Shown here piece after piece: positions 38,701 to 46,817 of a DNA stretch of 64,000 nt; position 1 is the stretch's first letter; every line of letters starts with the position of its first letter. This DNA is from Candidatus Vogelbacteria bacterium (GTDB taxonomy: Bacteria > Patescibacteriota > Minisyncoccia > Phycocordibacterales > XYD1-FULL-46-19). The notes beneath the pieces were generated by a model. It saw only the letters and a list, made by a program, of their open reading frames with translations, was not told the origin of the DNA and ran no database searches. A program made the translations under genes and the position numbers. The stretch is from assembly GCA_903878275.1 (NCBI GenBank), contig CAIRHC010000009.1:11855-75854 (forward strand). The letters are read 5' to 3'.

Positions 38701-39647
38701 CAAATTTCTTAGTCAACAATGTATCTGGCGGTGGCACTTTAAGTGGTAATTTTTATGGTTTAAAAATTGGTGGTGCAGGCGAGATGGGCGGAACTCAAAA
38801 TTACTCCATTTATTCCGATGGCGGTTTAAATTATTTTGCTGGCAATGTTGGTATCGGTGTAGAAGTGCCTACTCATCCTTTAGAATTTGCAGGCGGTGCT
38901 TATTCTGATGGTCTTACTTGGAGTAATGGCTCTGATCGCAACATCAAAGAAAACTTTGTTACTCTTGATTCGACGGAAATTTTAAATAAAATAAATCAAT
39001 TACCAATCATGCAGTGGAATTATAAAACACAGGAGGCGACTACCACTCATATTGGACCAATGGCACAAGATTTTTACGCTTTGTTTGGTGTTGGCGGTTC
39101 GGATAAATCGATTTCCACAATTGATCCATCGGGCATTGCTCTTGTCGGTATCCAAGCGTTGAGTGAAAAAACGAAAACGCTCGAAGACAATCTGAAAATA
39201 CTTTTGGCAATGTCTGGCAACTGGGGCATTGGGGCGAGCGGGGAATTGATGCTCGAAAAAATCACGACCAAAAAAGCGGAAGTGCAAAATGATATTCAAA
39301 TTGGTTCGCCAGAAAAAAGAATCGGTATCACTTTGTTTGACGAACAAACCGGCGAGCCGTATTGTTTGAAAATTTCTGGCGGGCAAACTAAGACGACAAA
39401 TGGAAAATGCTCGGATGCTGACGGTGATAGCGTTGGAAGTGGTGGGACAAGTGCTGGTAGTAATCAGGCGGGAAATAATTCATCGTCTAGTGGTAATACG
39501 GCGAGTAGCACCGATGATCAGAGTAATTCATCGACAACACCAGAAGTAGTGCCAGAAAATCCAACACCAGAGACAACTCCCGCACCAGAAGTTTCTTCTC
39601 CACAAGATGGACAAACTCCTCCCGCTGATTCGGCACCGGCATCTTAA
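32700..39647 (+). CDS. Giant (2315 aa) surface fibre-like protein: N-terminal anchor, shared N-module, tandem S/T-rich repeats, C-terminal intramolecular-chaperone (peptidase S74, phage tail-fibre type) domain and a P/T/S-rich tail
   Basis: N-terminal 'ISYQGRLADADGNLLGG...' module. Repeats 'YLTSYSETDPVWTSEKAGYLTTGAAASTYLT'. C-terminal 'GNVGIGVEVPTHPLEFAGG...SDRNIKENFVTLDSTEILNKINQLPIMQWNYK...GPMAQDFYALFG...IALVGIQAL' with the SDxRxK hallmark. The alternative start at 32724 overlaps the upstream stop. Confidence 0.7.
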   Translation: MKPRNLLKMKLKIFPNKFKIWKILVIFLLLVILPVGFLVKASTVPAIISYQGRLADADGNLLGGAGTDYNFKISFWTSPTVGAGSRVWPSSAPTAFVSTVRHGLFNLNIGDTTGGYPDALDYDFSSNDKIYLQVEVSSGGAYETLSPRQLMTSTPFASLAGAVSGSGASTMGSLTVTGNSTTTNATTTNLYANSSIGLNGLYVNNWSDLAPYLPTAAGWGTSSDSINFNSLLDAKDKGYFFASSSADVWGASKGYLTSYSETDPVWTSEKAGYLTTGTAASTYLTLSASTSLPYQPVGSYLITESDPIFMAASSSFLTLNNWFATTTWGGSSLSVGTNNTYGSLTAMGGTTFSTVPPYGTASIGHISHTSGWDGSGFLFSNSSVGSNAFSMVYNVDKAWFGGITDSSGVAWMTLDAGGLQSYGTVSGTNLSGTNTGDVTLANNLNGLTISNQVLTLGLASTNATGTLSATDWNTFNNKQPAGNYLTSYSETDPVWTSEKAGYLTTGAAASTYLTISASTSIRSLPNLSITKSQVSDFGSPLYSYSETDPLYASASSSILRFGTTSDVLTEGATNKFYTDTKVANYINSSSTLGFQNFTAGHGTTTNFYAGTSLGLNSQYISNWSELAAFLPTVTGWSTTSDSVNWQDNWNSVKGDYLTISSAGSTYLPLSASTSLAYVKTETDPVWTSEKSGYLTTGLAASTYLTLAASTSLAYQPIGNYLTSYSETDPVWTSEKASYLTTGAAASTYLTILASTSIRSLPNLSITKSQVSDFGSPLYSYSETDPVFTAWNKTTGITISESQITDLQDYLTTESDPVWTSEKASYLATSGNGGSLTGLTKTQVGLSNVDNYSSTTLEVLSATKLKTARTINGVSFDGTGNITVTDAGYTAASSSILRYGTTTDALTQGSVNKFYAQALVWNDIWASSTLATTLNNSATAYGWGNHADAGYLTTGAAASTYLTISASTSIRSLPNLSITKSQVSDFGLPLYSYTETDPVWNATKGNYLLLAGGTMTGDLTISNKNLTVTGTSTLATTTITNLSGNIITSNDVRTAITDLDTRLYNMQNTTKEMTGFPNRTDTSISFNNINRNFTITGTNFKIYSAGKEYVKNTESIQLANTNGVQFVYYSPVTLTLSTSTTVWNFNDGTVQIATVHWDGTTGLLGEERHGLTMDNATHEYLHHTVGTRYQSGLTGTFNTNNTLSVTAGSIDDEDIEDSVALTTTTRIIYHLNATNFTQSAVGTSFFDKTCTGSNLCYDNGTGKVAATGNNYVAYWIFATNDASNGVYVLMGQRQDTSLANAQANATYSSLTLGNLPFAEMKLLYRLIVRNNAGNTLDTSDYRSVSNLPSGTYVATAHNVLTGLDYASSGHTGFAGTGVDNTFTGHDIFASLFATNASSTNATTTNLQVVATSTVGGLSIGSLSGILKAVAGAVTTSLIDLANDVTGVLGGTHGGTGLSTVTNNELLIGSTGNTWLQIATSSLGMLTTNVAEGTRLYYTDVRARGAISSGALGLTYNSGTGAFSLTTDYNIPLTASTTNWNTAFNWGNHADGGYLKTSGGTMSGILTINNNLNSTGTSTLATTTMSYGSKIGYGNEYFTVNQYPVAGSILSGTIPIISFNSPNAWGSDVGGFADSLAILETGQADDPVGINFVASDFANNLNVGSLTYATTSNVFVLSNANGNNVDLSLGGGVFSGSVVSDVYKINGPANINSFLATDGAGQIIATTTPVLYGATTDSWNTAYSDRLKWDGGSSGLNASTARTSLGLVIGTNVQAQNAGLSDIAGLTLTDGNFIVGNGSNWVAESGATARTSIGLGSVENTALSTWAGSSYLTTAGNLTATGLQVNGNSTTTGFSTLATTTISRLDVGNTTLFYSTPMGSLMSQKITSAFAGLTGFVNTTGAGDWVMIMPPGDLWPGAPEVDASVGGVTGNFSLTSTAPDTLGMFYGNQWNGSYSGDLSGLLQGISNNYATKIESGATVSTLSGLSSFSSDVENQGAITGDFTNFLVNNVSGGGTLSGNFYGLKIGGAGEMGGTQNYSIYSDGGLNYFAGNVGIGVEVPTHPLEFAGGAYSDGLTWSNGSDRNIKENFVTLDSTEILNKINQLPIMQWNYKTQEATTTHIGPMAQDFYALFGVGGSDKSISTIDPSGIALVGIQALSEKTKTLEDNLKILLAMSGNWGIGASGELMLEKITTKKAEVQNDIQIGSPEKRIGITLFDEQTGEPYCLKISGGQTKTTNGKCSDADGDSVGSGGTSAGSNQAGNNSSSSGNTASSTDDQSNSSTTPEVVPENPTPETTPAPEVSSPQDGQTPPADSAPAS
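33460..35700 (+). repeat. Intragenic tandem repeats: four copies of a ~150-195-nt unit, three of them near-identical (about 34150-34345, 34861-35055, 35545-35690)
   Basis: Near-exact nucleotide repeats read directly, e.g. '...gaaaaagctggttatcttaccactggtgctgccgcttccacttatttaac...caattaggtctctgccaaatct...'. They encode '...TSEKAGYLTTGAAASTYLTISASTSIRSLPNLSITKSQVSDFGSPLYSYSETDP'. Confidence 0.7.
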
Positions 39648-39684
39648 ATTTCATCGTCGCTATAAATAAGTGACGGCTCCTGTG

Positions 39685-39816
39685 AAAAAATTGGCAAGCC
39701 AATTTTTCCGGGTTATACTCATAAAAAGAGTATTGCTCCGTTCGAAGACTCACGGGTTATGGTCATAAAAAGACCATTGCTCCGGAAAAATCAGCAAGCT
39801 AATTTTTCCGGGTTAT
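39685..39816 (+). repeat. Intergenic composite direct repeats between the two giant genes
   Basis: aaaaattggcaagccaatttttccgggttat (39685-39716) is repeated as aaaaatcagcaagctaatttttccgggttat (39786-39816). actcataaaaagagtattgctccg (39717-39740) is repeated as ggtcataaaaagaccattgctccg (39761-39784). The first unit contains the hairpin aaaaattggc-aa-gccaattttt. Confidence 0.5.
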
Positions 39817-39879
39817 CCACAACCTTACGCTATTTTTGTTTAGTTTTTTTAATTTAAAATGCTAAAATTAAAGAACTAG

Positions 39880-42800
39880 ATGCAATTCCGAGACTCGAAA
39901 ATTCAGAGTTTTCTTTTAATATTTGCATTTGTCGCCACCCTTACTTCAGTAGGGCTATTTGGAGTAAATAAAGCCGAAGCGGCACCCAATCTCACCATAA
40001 ACTATCAAGGTAAAATGACTGATAATCTCGGAGTGACTTTAGCTGATGGTAATTATACTTTTGTCTTTAGTTTGTACACTGGAGCCTCTGGTGGTTCAAA
40101 CGTTTGGACCGAGACCCAAACTGTCACCATCACCAATGGATTATTCTCCACCATGCTTGGTTCGGTCACACCATTTACTGATAATCTTTTTAATCAAACA
40201 TTATATCTTGGTGTCAAAGTCGGAGCTGATCCAGAAATGACGCCCAGGAAAATTATCGGTTCGGTTCCATCGGCTCTTGAAGCGGAAAAACTAAATGGTC
40301 TGGCGGCTGTCTCTTTTCTTCGATCCGATATTGCTAATGCCACTGGTACTATCAATAATTTCAACAACACCAATGCTACTTCATCCAATTTGAATGTTTC
40401 TAATCTTTTGACAGTGGAAGGGGATTTGACTGTTTTGGGGGATAGTAATCTTGCCACTACAACGACTGGCAATCTCACCGCTGGTTCTACTTTGTATGTC
40501 AAAAACGGTCAGGTTGGAGTGGGATTCGATCCGGCAGTTTTGCTCGGTACTGTTTTTGGCACCAATAAAACTTGGACAGAGACAACCGGGCAGTTGGCTT
40601 CCAACTATTTTAATTCAACTTTTAGCCCGACGGGAGCGTCCGATGCTTTTCAGACTGGTCTTTACAATGTCGTGACCGCTGATGGCTCTAATAACCAACT
40701 TATTTTGGTGGGTCAAACGGTGAGTTCTGTCTACGGTGGTACAGCCAACTTAGCCTACTTGCAAGGGGCATCTATCTCTTCGGATTTGGCAAACACTGGT
40801 AGTATTACGAGTGCGTCGGCTGTTAGTGGTCAGATTAATAATGGTTTGGATAGTAATGGTGGAAATATTACTGATGCTGCTGTCTTTTCCGCAAAAACCA
40901 GTTTGGGTGATTCGGCTGGTGTAGTGACCAATGCTGCTAATTTTGACTCTCGATTCACTGTTCAGAGTGGATCAATAGTTAACGCTTACGGTGCTTATCT
41001 GGCTAATCCTTGGCTTCCTGGTTCTGGCACCATCACTAATTTGTATGGTTTGTATGTCCAAGATCAAACTAAGGGTAGTAACTTAAATTACAATATTTAT
41101 TCGGCTGGAGCGACCAGCAAAAATTATTTGGAAGGTAATTTGACGGTCGGAGGCAATGCCACGGCAACCAGCTTTGCTTTGAATAACGAAAAATTTACCA
41201 ATTGGGTTGGCTCTAATCTTTACAACAACAATGGGATTCTTGGAGTTACTACGACACCGACTTTTAGTAGTCTGACGGTAAATGGTAATGCCACGGCAAC
41301 CAGCTTTGCTTTGAATAACCAGACCTTTACCAACTGGCTTGGTTCTAATCTTTATAATAGTAACGGTACTCTTGGCGTTACTACCACACCTTCTTTTAGT
41401 GGTCTAACTGCGACCTACGCAACCACAACAAATCTTAACGCTGGCTACCTTAATGTTTCTGGTGGCACCCAAACGGTTGTTGGTGGAACAAACATATCTT
41501 TACCGGCGGTTAAGGGTCTTTCGGTCAATGAAAAAATAGTCGGGAATTACTTATACATGGTTTTTATGTCTCCGACCTCTACCGATCAATTAAGAATCGT
41601 GGATATTTCTGATCCAACTAATCCCAAGGTGGTGGGTGGACAGAATTTGTCTTTACCAGTTTATGGAGCGAGGTGGATAGATGTTGTCGGTAAATATGCT
41701 TATATTGGTTTTGAAAATAATCCCTACGGTTTTCGGATTGTAGATATTTCTGATCCAACTAATCCTTTTATCGTGGGTGGTGATAAGCTACAATTTGGTT
41801 CGTCTATCAGAGGGGTAAAAGTTGTCGGTAAATATGCTTATCTGGCACGCTATACCCCAAACGGATTTTCTATTGCTAGTTTAATTATTCTAGATATTTC
41901 CGATCCTTATGATCCCAAGGTGGTTAGTCCTGACACTATTCCTGGTTTGGTTAGTGAAGCCCGGTCTATTGATGTCGTCGGTAAATATGCTTATCTAGTA
42001 TCTTACTTTAATGATCCGTTGGATCCTGGTAATACTGGTCCCAACGTTTTACGTATCGTTGACATTTCTAACCCAGCGAACCCTGTTGTGGTTGGCGGTT
42101 CGTCTTTAGTTTTGCCAGACTATGCCCGGCAGGTTCAAGTAGTTGGTCGTTACGCTTACGTCATTTTTGATTCTTTTGGTTCCGTTGAAGGGATTGACCA
42201 GGGGTTAAGACAAAACGAAGCGTTTAGGATTTTGGATATTTCTGATCCCACCAACCCCGTTGTTGTTGGAGGAGATAATTTAAATTTTAGCACAGGTCTT
42301 GTTTCCGGCGGTGGCCTAAGATCTCTTTATGTGGCGGACGGTCTTGCTTATACAACCGAAGGTAATGGAGTTTTGCATGTTATTGACGTGTCTAGTTCAA
42401 CCAATCCGGTTTCTCGAAGTCAGTTTTTACTAGAAAAGTCTCCTGGCTACTCTCTTGCGATTTGGGCACTTGCTGTGTCCGGTAACTATGCTTATGTCGG
42501 CACACCTGATACTCCTTTTTCTTCAAACTCAACGAACGTTTTGAGAGTGGTGGATTTAAAGGGTTTAAAGACTGGTACGGCAAACATTGGCACTCTAAAA
42601 ATTGGCTCACTTAATGCCGAATCTGATATTGTGACAGCTCGGGATATTTTTGCCAACGGTCTTAACCTTGGTGTGGGGGGGATTATCACAGATGGTAGTA
42701 TTAGTGTTATTGGTACTACTACATCCTCTTTCTTTGGTGGCAACCTTGGTTTGGGTACAACCACTCCAGCCTACACTCTAGTCGTCGGCAACGGCAGTAC

Positions 42801-43893
42801 TACCGACACCGCTCGTTCCATTCAAGTCGCCTATGGTGGTATCTGTGTTGATGATGATGGTTGGTGTAATGCGACAGCCGGAGTCATCTCGGCGGTCTCA
42901 TACACCACTGGTCATGCTGACCTAGCCGAAAACTACCAAGCTTTTGAAGACAATCTAGAAGCCGGAGACATAGTCTCGGTAACTAATGAAAATAACTCTA
43001 CCGCTACAAAACTCGGTGACACCTTCGGCATTAAAAAAGCCAATCAAAAAACCGACATCATTGGTATCGTTTCCACCGCTCCCGGTGTCTTACTTGGTTC
43101 ACCAAATGGTGAAGCCAACACCAAAAAACTCCCCGTCGCTCTCTCTGGACGAGTCCCACTCAAAGTCAATCTTGAAGGCGGTGATATCAATTTCGGTGAT
43201 CCCATCACGCTATCTTCAATCCCTGGTATTGGGATGAAAGCGACTTCTTCCACTGAAACGATTGGTACGGCTTTAACTTCATTTGATGCTAATTCAACTC
43301 AAACTGAACCAGGCATCGGACAAATCACTGTTTTTGTTAATCTCGGCTATTCACATATCGATAACCAAATCAGTCAAGGTAAAATCAATGCCACCAACTT
43401 CTGGTCACTAGATGAAACAACTGGACAAATTAAAGTTCTCGCTCCGCTTGATTTATCTGGTCTTGATATTAAAAATGTAAAATCCATTACTTCCGCTTCC
43501 GGTAATTGGAGTATTAGTGATGATGGGATGCTGGTGGTGAAGAAAATCGAGACAGATGAAATTACGACCGAAACTGGCGTGACCGTGAAAGACAAGATGT
43601 CTGGTGGCTACAATTGTATTTATGTTGAAGGTGGTCAGATGAAAAATAAAGTTGGGTCTTGCGTTGAGCCGGTTTTGGCGCCGATTTCAAATGGCAATAA
43701 TCAAAATGAAACTGTTAATGCCAGTTCGTCTGATTCGAGTGGTGGGCAAGGTCAAGATAATGGCTCGACAACTCCACCTGTTGAATCGCCAACCTCAACA
43801 ACTCCACCGGAATCTGTCGTTCCACCGGTTTCTGAAACGCCACCAGCACCGGTTGAGGCGCCAGCTTCCGAGCCGGTGGTGCCTGGTCCGTAG
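39880..43893 (+). CDS. Giant (1337 aa) surface protein: signal peptide, N-module shared with the 32700 protein, G/T/S-rich repeats, LVIVD-type beta-propeller repeats, and a P/T/S-rich C-terminal tail
   Basis: Signal peptide 'MQFRDSKIQSFLLIFAFVATLTSVGLFGVNKAEA'. 'INYQGKMTDNLGVTLADGNYTFVFSLY' parallels the 32700 N-module. Repeats 'LRIVDISDPTNPKVVGG', 'FRIVDISDPTNPFIVGG', 'LIILDISDPYDPKVV', 'LRIVDISNPANPVVVGG', 'FRILDISDPTNPVVVGG', 'LHVIDVSSSTNP' (LVIVD). Tail '...TPPVESPTSTTPPESVVPPVSETPPAPVEAPASEPVVPGP'. Confidence 0.7.
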   Translation: MQFRDSKIQSFLLIFAFVATLTSVGLFGVNKAEAAPNLTINYQGKMTDNLGVTLADGNYTFVFSLYTGASGGSNVWTETQTVTITNGLFSTMLGSVTPFTDNLFNQTLYLGVKVGADPEMTPRKIIGSVPSALEAEKLNGLAAVSFLRSDIANATGTINNFNNTNATSSNLNVSNLLTVEGDLTVLGDSNLATTTTGNLTAGSTLYVKNGQVGVGFDPAVLLGTVFGTNKTWTETTGQLASNYFNSTFSPTGASDAFQTGLYNVVTADGSNNQLILVGQTVSSVYGGTANLAYLQGASISSDLANTGSITSASAVSGQINNGLDSNGGNITDAAVFSAKTSLGDSAGVVTNAANFDSRFTVQSGSIVNAYGAYLANPWLPGSGTITNLYGLYVQDQTKGSNLNYNIYSAGATSKNYLEGNLTVGGNATATSFALNNEKFTNWVGSNLYNNNGILGVTTTPTFSSLTVNGNATATSFALNNQTFTNWLGSNLYNSNGTLGVTTTPSFSGLTATYATTTNLNAGYLNVSGGTQTVVGGTNISLPAVKGLSVNEKIVGNYLYMVFMSPTSTDQLRIVDISDPTNPKVVGGQNLSLPVYGARWIDVVGKYAYIGFENNPYGFRIVDISDPTNPFIVGGDKLQFGSSIRGVKVVGKYAYLARYTPNGFSIASLIILDISDPYDPKVVSPDTIPGLVSEARSIDVVGKYAYLVSYFNDPLDPGNTGPNVLRIVDISNPANPVVVGGSSLVLPDYARQVQVVGRYAYVIFDSFGSVEGIDQGLRQNEAFRILDISDPTNPVVVGGDNLNFSTGLVSGGGLRSLYVADGLAYTTEGNGVLHVIDVSSSTNPVSRSQFLLEKSPGYSLAIWALAVSGNYAYVGTPDTPFSSNSTNVLRVVDLKGLKTGTANIGTLKIGSLNAESDIVTARDIFANGLNLGVGGIITDGSISVIGTTTSSFFGGNLGLGTTTPAYTLVVGNGSTTDTARSIQVAYGGICVDDDGWCNATAGVISAVSYTTGHADLAENYQAFEDNLEAGDIVSVTNENNSTATKLGDTFGIKKANQKTDIIGIVSTAPGVLLGSPNGEANTKKLPVALSGRVPLKVNLEGGDINFGDPITLSSIPGIGMKATSSTETIGTALTSFDANSTQTEPGIGQITVFVNLGYSHIDNQISQGKINATNFWSLDETTGQIKVLAPLDLSGLDIKNVKSITSASGNWSISDDGMLVVKKIETDEITTETGVTVKDKMSGGYNCIYVEGGQMKNKVGSCVEPVLAPISNGNNQNETVNASSSDSSGGQGQDNGSTTPPVESPTSTTPPESVVPPVSETPPAPVEAPASEPVVPGP

Positions 43894-43913
43894 TTTTTTA
43901 ATTTTTAAATAAT

Positions 43914-43958
43914 CCTCCCCTGAAAATTGCTGGAGCAATTTTCCGGGGAGGTTTTCAA
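43914..43958 (+). terminator. Strong terminator hairpin cctcccc-tgaaaattgc-tgga-gcaattttcc-ggggagg followed by a T-run
   Basis: Read directly (7+8 bp stem with a small internal mismatch), then ttttcaactttttt. Confidence 0.6.
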
Positions 43959-44052
43959 CTTTTTTGTAGGGTTTTAGCTGGTGTCGTTTGTGCTAAAATA
44001 AGAAAGCAATTTAGCAAATTATTAACAATTATTAGCAAATTTTTATAAAAAT

Positions 44053-46386
44053 ATGGCAAAAAAACAAAAAATCGTGAAAAAAACAGTGATTTCGCTTAAA
44101 AATATTAAGAAGCGTGATGGCACACTTGTTCCTTATGACACAAAAAAAGTCGCTAATGCTATTTTCAAGGCAATGAGGATTGTTGGCGAGGGTGATGAAG
44201 GTGCTTCGGTCAAAGTCGCTGATTCGGTTTTTGCTAATTTGCTAGTAATTAAGCAAGAAAAAGGTAAAGATTATGTTCCGACCGTTGAAGAAATTCAGGA
44301 CGTCGTGGAAAAACAATTAATTTTACATAAATTTGTCGCCACTTCCAAAGCGTACATTCTTTATCGTGAAAAAAGATCAGAGCTTCGTCGCCAGCGCGGT
44401 GATGTGCCGCGAAAAGTTCGCGACTTGGTCATCGAAAGTAAAAAACATTTCCGCAATCAATTATCGGAGTTTGTTTATTACACGACTTACTCGCGTTGGA
44501 TTCCAGATGAAAATCGTCGCGAGACTTGGGTGGAAACCGTTGATCGTTATAATGATTTTATGCGTGAAAATCTCGGCGAAAAATTAACAAAAAAAGAATA
44601 CGCGGAAATTCGTGACTATATGATGGATATGAAAGCGATGGGTTCGATGCGTCTTCTCTGGGGTGCCGGTACCGCCGCCCGTGCGACCAATGTTTGTGCC
44701 TACAACTGTTCGTTTATTGCTCCGACGGCTTGGCGAGATTTTGGCGAAGTGATGTATGTGCTTATGTGCGGTTCTGGGTGTGGCTATTCTGTCGAACGAC
44801 AACATGTTGAGCAATTGCCGATTATCAAAAGACAAACGGGCGAAAAATTAAAAACACATATGGTCGCCGATAGTAAAGAAGGTTGGGCGGACGCGTTTAT
44901 TCTTGGTTTGGAAACTTGGTCAGCGGGTAAAGATATTGAGTTTGATTATACCGGTGTCCGGCCACAAGGTTCACGTCTGAAAACAATGGGTGGCCGCGCT
45001 TCTGGTCCAGAACCACTGATCAATCTTATTGATTTTGCTCGCGCTAAAATGTTGTCACGACAAGGTCGTCGCCTGACGACGATCGATGTCCACGATCTTA
45101 TGTGCAAAACCGGTGAAGTGGTGGTGATGGGCGGTGTTCGTCGCAGCGCGCTGATTTCTATCTCTGATTTAGATGACGTGGAAATGAAAGAAGCTAAAAA
45201 TGGTCAATTTTATATCAGTCACCCCGAGCGAATGATGGCAAACAATTCTGTCGTTTACAACGAAAAGCCAACCATTGATCATTTTCTTGAAGAATGGCTA
45301 AACCTAATCAAAGCCGGCTCTGGTGAAAGAGGAATTTTCAATCGTGGCGGTTTGGAAAAACAAATTCCGGCTCGACGTTGGCCTGGTTTCAAAGAAGACT
45401 CATATAGTTCTGGTCTCAATCCGTGTGGGGAAATTGTGTTGAAGTCAAAACAATTTTGTAACTTGTCCGAAGTCGTTGCTCGCAAAGAAGACACGGTCAA
45501 AGATTTGGAAGATAAAGTCCGCATCGCGACCATCCTTGGCACCTACCAATCTTCACTGACCAAGTTTCCTTATCTATCGGCGGAATGGAAAAAGAATAGT
45601 GAAGACGAAAGATTGCTCGGTGTGTCAATTACCGGTCAGTGGGATTGTCCAGCTTTGCGTAATCCCGAGACGATGAAAAAATTGCGAAAGGTTGCTATCG
45701 ATACCAACAAAAAATATGCCACGCGTTTTGGTATCAATCCATCAATGGCGATCACCTGCGTCAAACCATCGGGCAACGGTTCGCAATTATTTGATTCATC
45801 ATCTGGTTGTCATCCTCGTCATGCCAAATATTATATTCGTCGCGTTCGCATTGAAAGACACAGCCCGATTTTTATGATGCTTAAAGATATGGGCGTGCCG
45901 TATCATCCAGAAGTTGGTCAGACTGATTCCAATGCCAATACTTATGTTTTGGAATTTCCGATTAAAGCCCCAGATGGTGCGGTGACGAAAAATGATTTGG
46001 GTTCAATGGATCAGCTTGAATATTGGAAGATGTTGAAAGAAAATTATACTGAACACAATCCGTCAGTCACCGTGTCGGTCAGCAATGAAGACTGGATTAA
46101 GGTAGGGAATTGGGTTTATGAAAATTGGGATATGGTCGGTGGTTTGTCGTTCTTGCCGAGAAATGATCACGTTTATAAATTGGCACCATATGAAGAAATT
46201 ACTAAAACTCAATACGAACACGCCATAAAAGATTTTCCTGAAATAGATTTCTCTAAAATTGTTTTGTACGAGTATGAAGATGTTACGACTGGTTCGAAAG
46301 AGCTCGCTTGCTCGGCGGGTAAATGTGAAATTGATTTTTCTTCAGCTGGTGCTGATGCGGTGGAGCAGAAGGAAGATAAAAAGTAG
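44053..46386 (+). CDS. nrdJ: Ribonucleotide reductase, class II (adenosylcobalamin-dependent, monomeric-type), with an N-terminal ATP-cone
   Basis: ATP-cone 'KKRDGTLVPYDTKKVANAIFKA...'. Active-site 'NPCGEIVL' and 'CNLSEV' are typical of class I/II RNR. The single-chain 777-aa architecture favours class II, but class Ia alpha is not fully excluded. Confidence 0.55.
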   Translation: MAKKQKIVKKTVISLKNIKKRDGTLVPYDTKKVANAIFKAMRIVGEGDEGASVKVADSVFANLLVIKQEKGKDYVPTVEEIQDVVEKQLILHKFVATSKAYILYREKRSELRRQRGDVPRKVRDLVIESKKHFRNQLSEFVYYTTYSRWIPDENRRETWVETVDRYNDFMRENLGEKLTKKEYAEIRDYMMDMKAMGSMRLLWGAGTAARATNVCAYNCSFIAPTAWRDFGEVMYVLMCGSGCGYSVERQHVEQLPIIKRQTGEKLKTHMVADSKEGWADAFILGLETWSAGKDIEFDYTGVRPQGSRLKTMGGRASGPEPLINLIDFARAKMLSRQGRRLTTIDVHDLMCKTGEVVVMGGVRRSALISISDLDDVEMKEAKNGQFYISHPERMMANNSVVYNEKPTIDHFLEEWLNLIKAGSGERGIFNRGGLEKQIPARRWPGFKEDSYSSGLNPCGEIVLKSKQFCNLSEVVARKEDTVKDLEDKVRIATILGTYQSSLTKFPYLSAEWKKNSEDERLLGVSITGQWDCPALRNPETMKKLRKVAIDTNKKYATRFGINPSMAITCVKPSGNGSQLFDSSSGCHPRHAKYYIRRVRIERHSPIFMMLKDMGVPYHPEVGQTDSNANTYVLEFPIKAPDGAVTKNDLGSMDQLEYWKMLKENYTEHNPSVTVSVSNEDWIKVGNWVYENWDMVGGLSFLPRNDHVYKLAPYEEITKTQYEHAIKDFPEIDFSKIVLYEYEDVTTGSKELACSAGKCEIDFSSAGADAVEQKEDKK

Positions 46387-46414
46387 AGCGAAGTTATTAT
46401 TTTTTGAAACCACA

Positions 46415-46440
46415 GAAAACCCCTCCAGCGAGGGGTTTTC
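46415..46440 (+). terminator. Hairpin gaaaacccctc-cagc-gaggggttttc after nrdJ
   Basis: 11-bp stem read directly; no long T-run follows. Confidence 0.4.
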
Positions 46441-46529
46441 CTCTGCTTCGTATCTGGCCGTTCCGCCTTTGTCGCTAAAGCGACCTAAGACAAAAAAGGC
46501 GGAAACCATGCCGGCCAGCCCTCCGCAAG

Positions 46530-46817
46530 GGTTTCAAAAAATAACAACCTTCGCTCTTGTGGTGGCGGAAGGTTGAAGAGACTATGCCAATTCGTCCTGC
46601 GAAAGGGTTTTTAAACGTCACAAGCTAAACCTTGATGGCGGTGGGAGGTTGGGCTGGCGACAATTCCGCAAGTTTACCCGACCCAATTTTTGCTGTGCAA
46701 AATTTGGGCGGGGGTTTTTAAACGAAACAAGTCTCGCCTTAGTAGCAAGAACGTTCGGTTGTTGTGAAGGTTTAAAAACGTTGCAACTAAATACCTTGTG
46801 GTGGCGGAAGGTAGGGT
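46530..46817 (+). repeat. Non-coding array of 3-4 degenerate ~45-100-nt structural repeats, each forming a hairpin with a conserved G-rich loop (GTGGTGGCGG / GATGGCGGTGGG)
   Basis: Units: gggtttcaaaaaataacaACCTTCgctcttGTGGTGGCGGAAGGTT; gggtttttaaacgtcacaagctaaACCTTgATGGCGGTGGGAGGTT; ggtttaaaaacgttgcaactaaaTACCTTgTGGTGGCGGAAGGTA. Stems differ but stay complementary. A longer fourth variant lies at 46713-46770. Confidence 0.45.
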
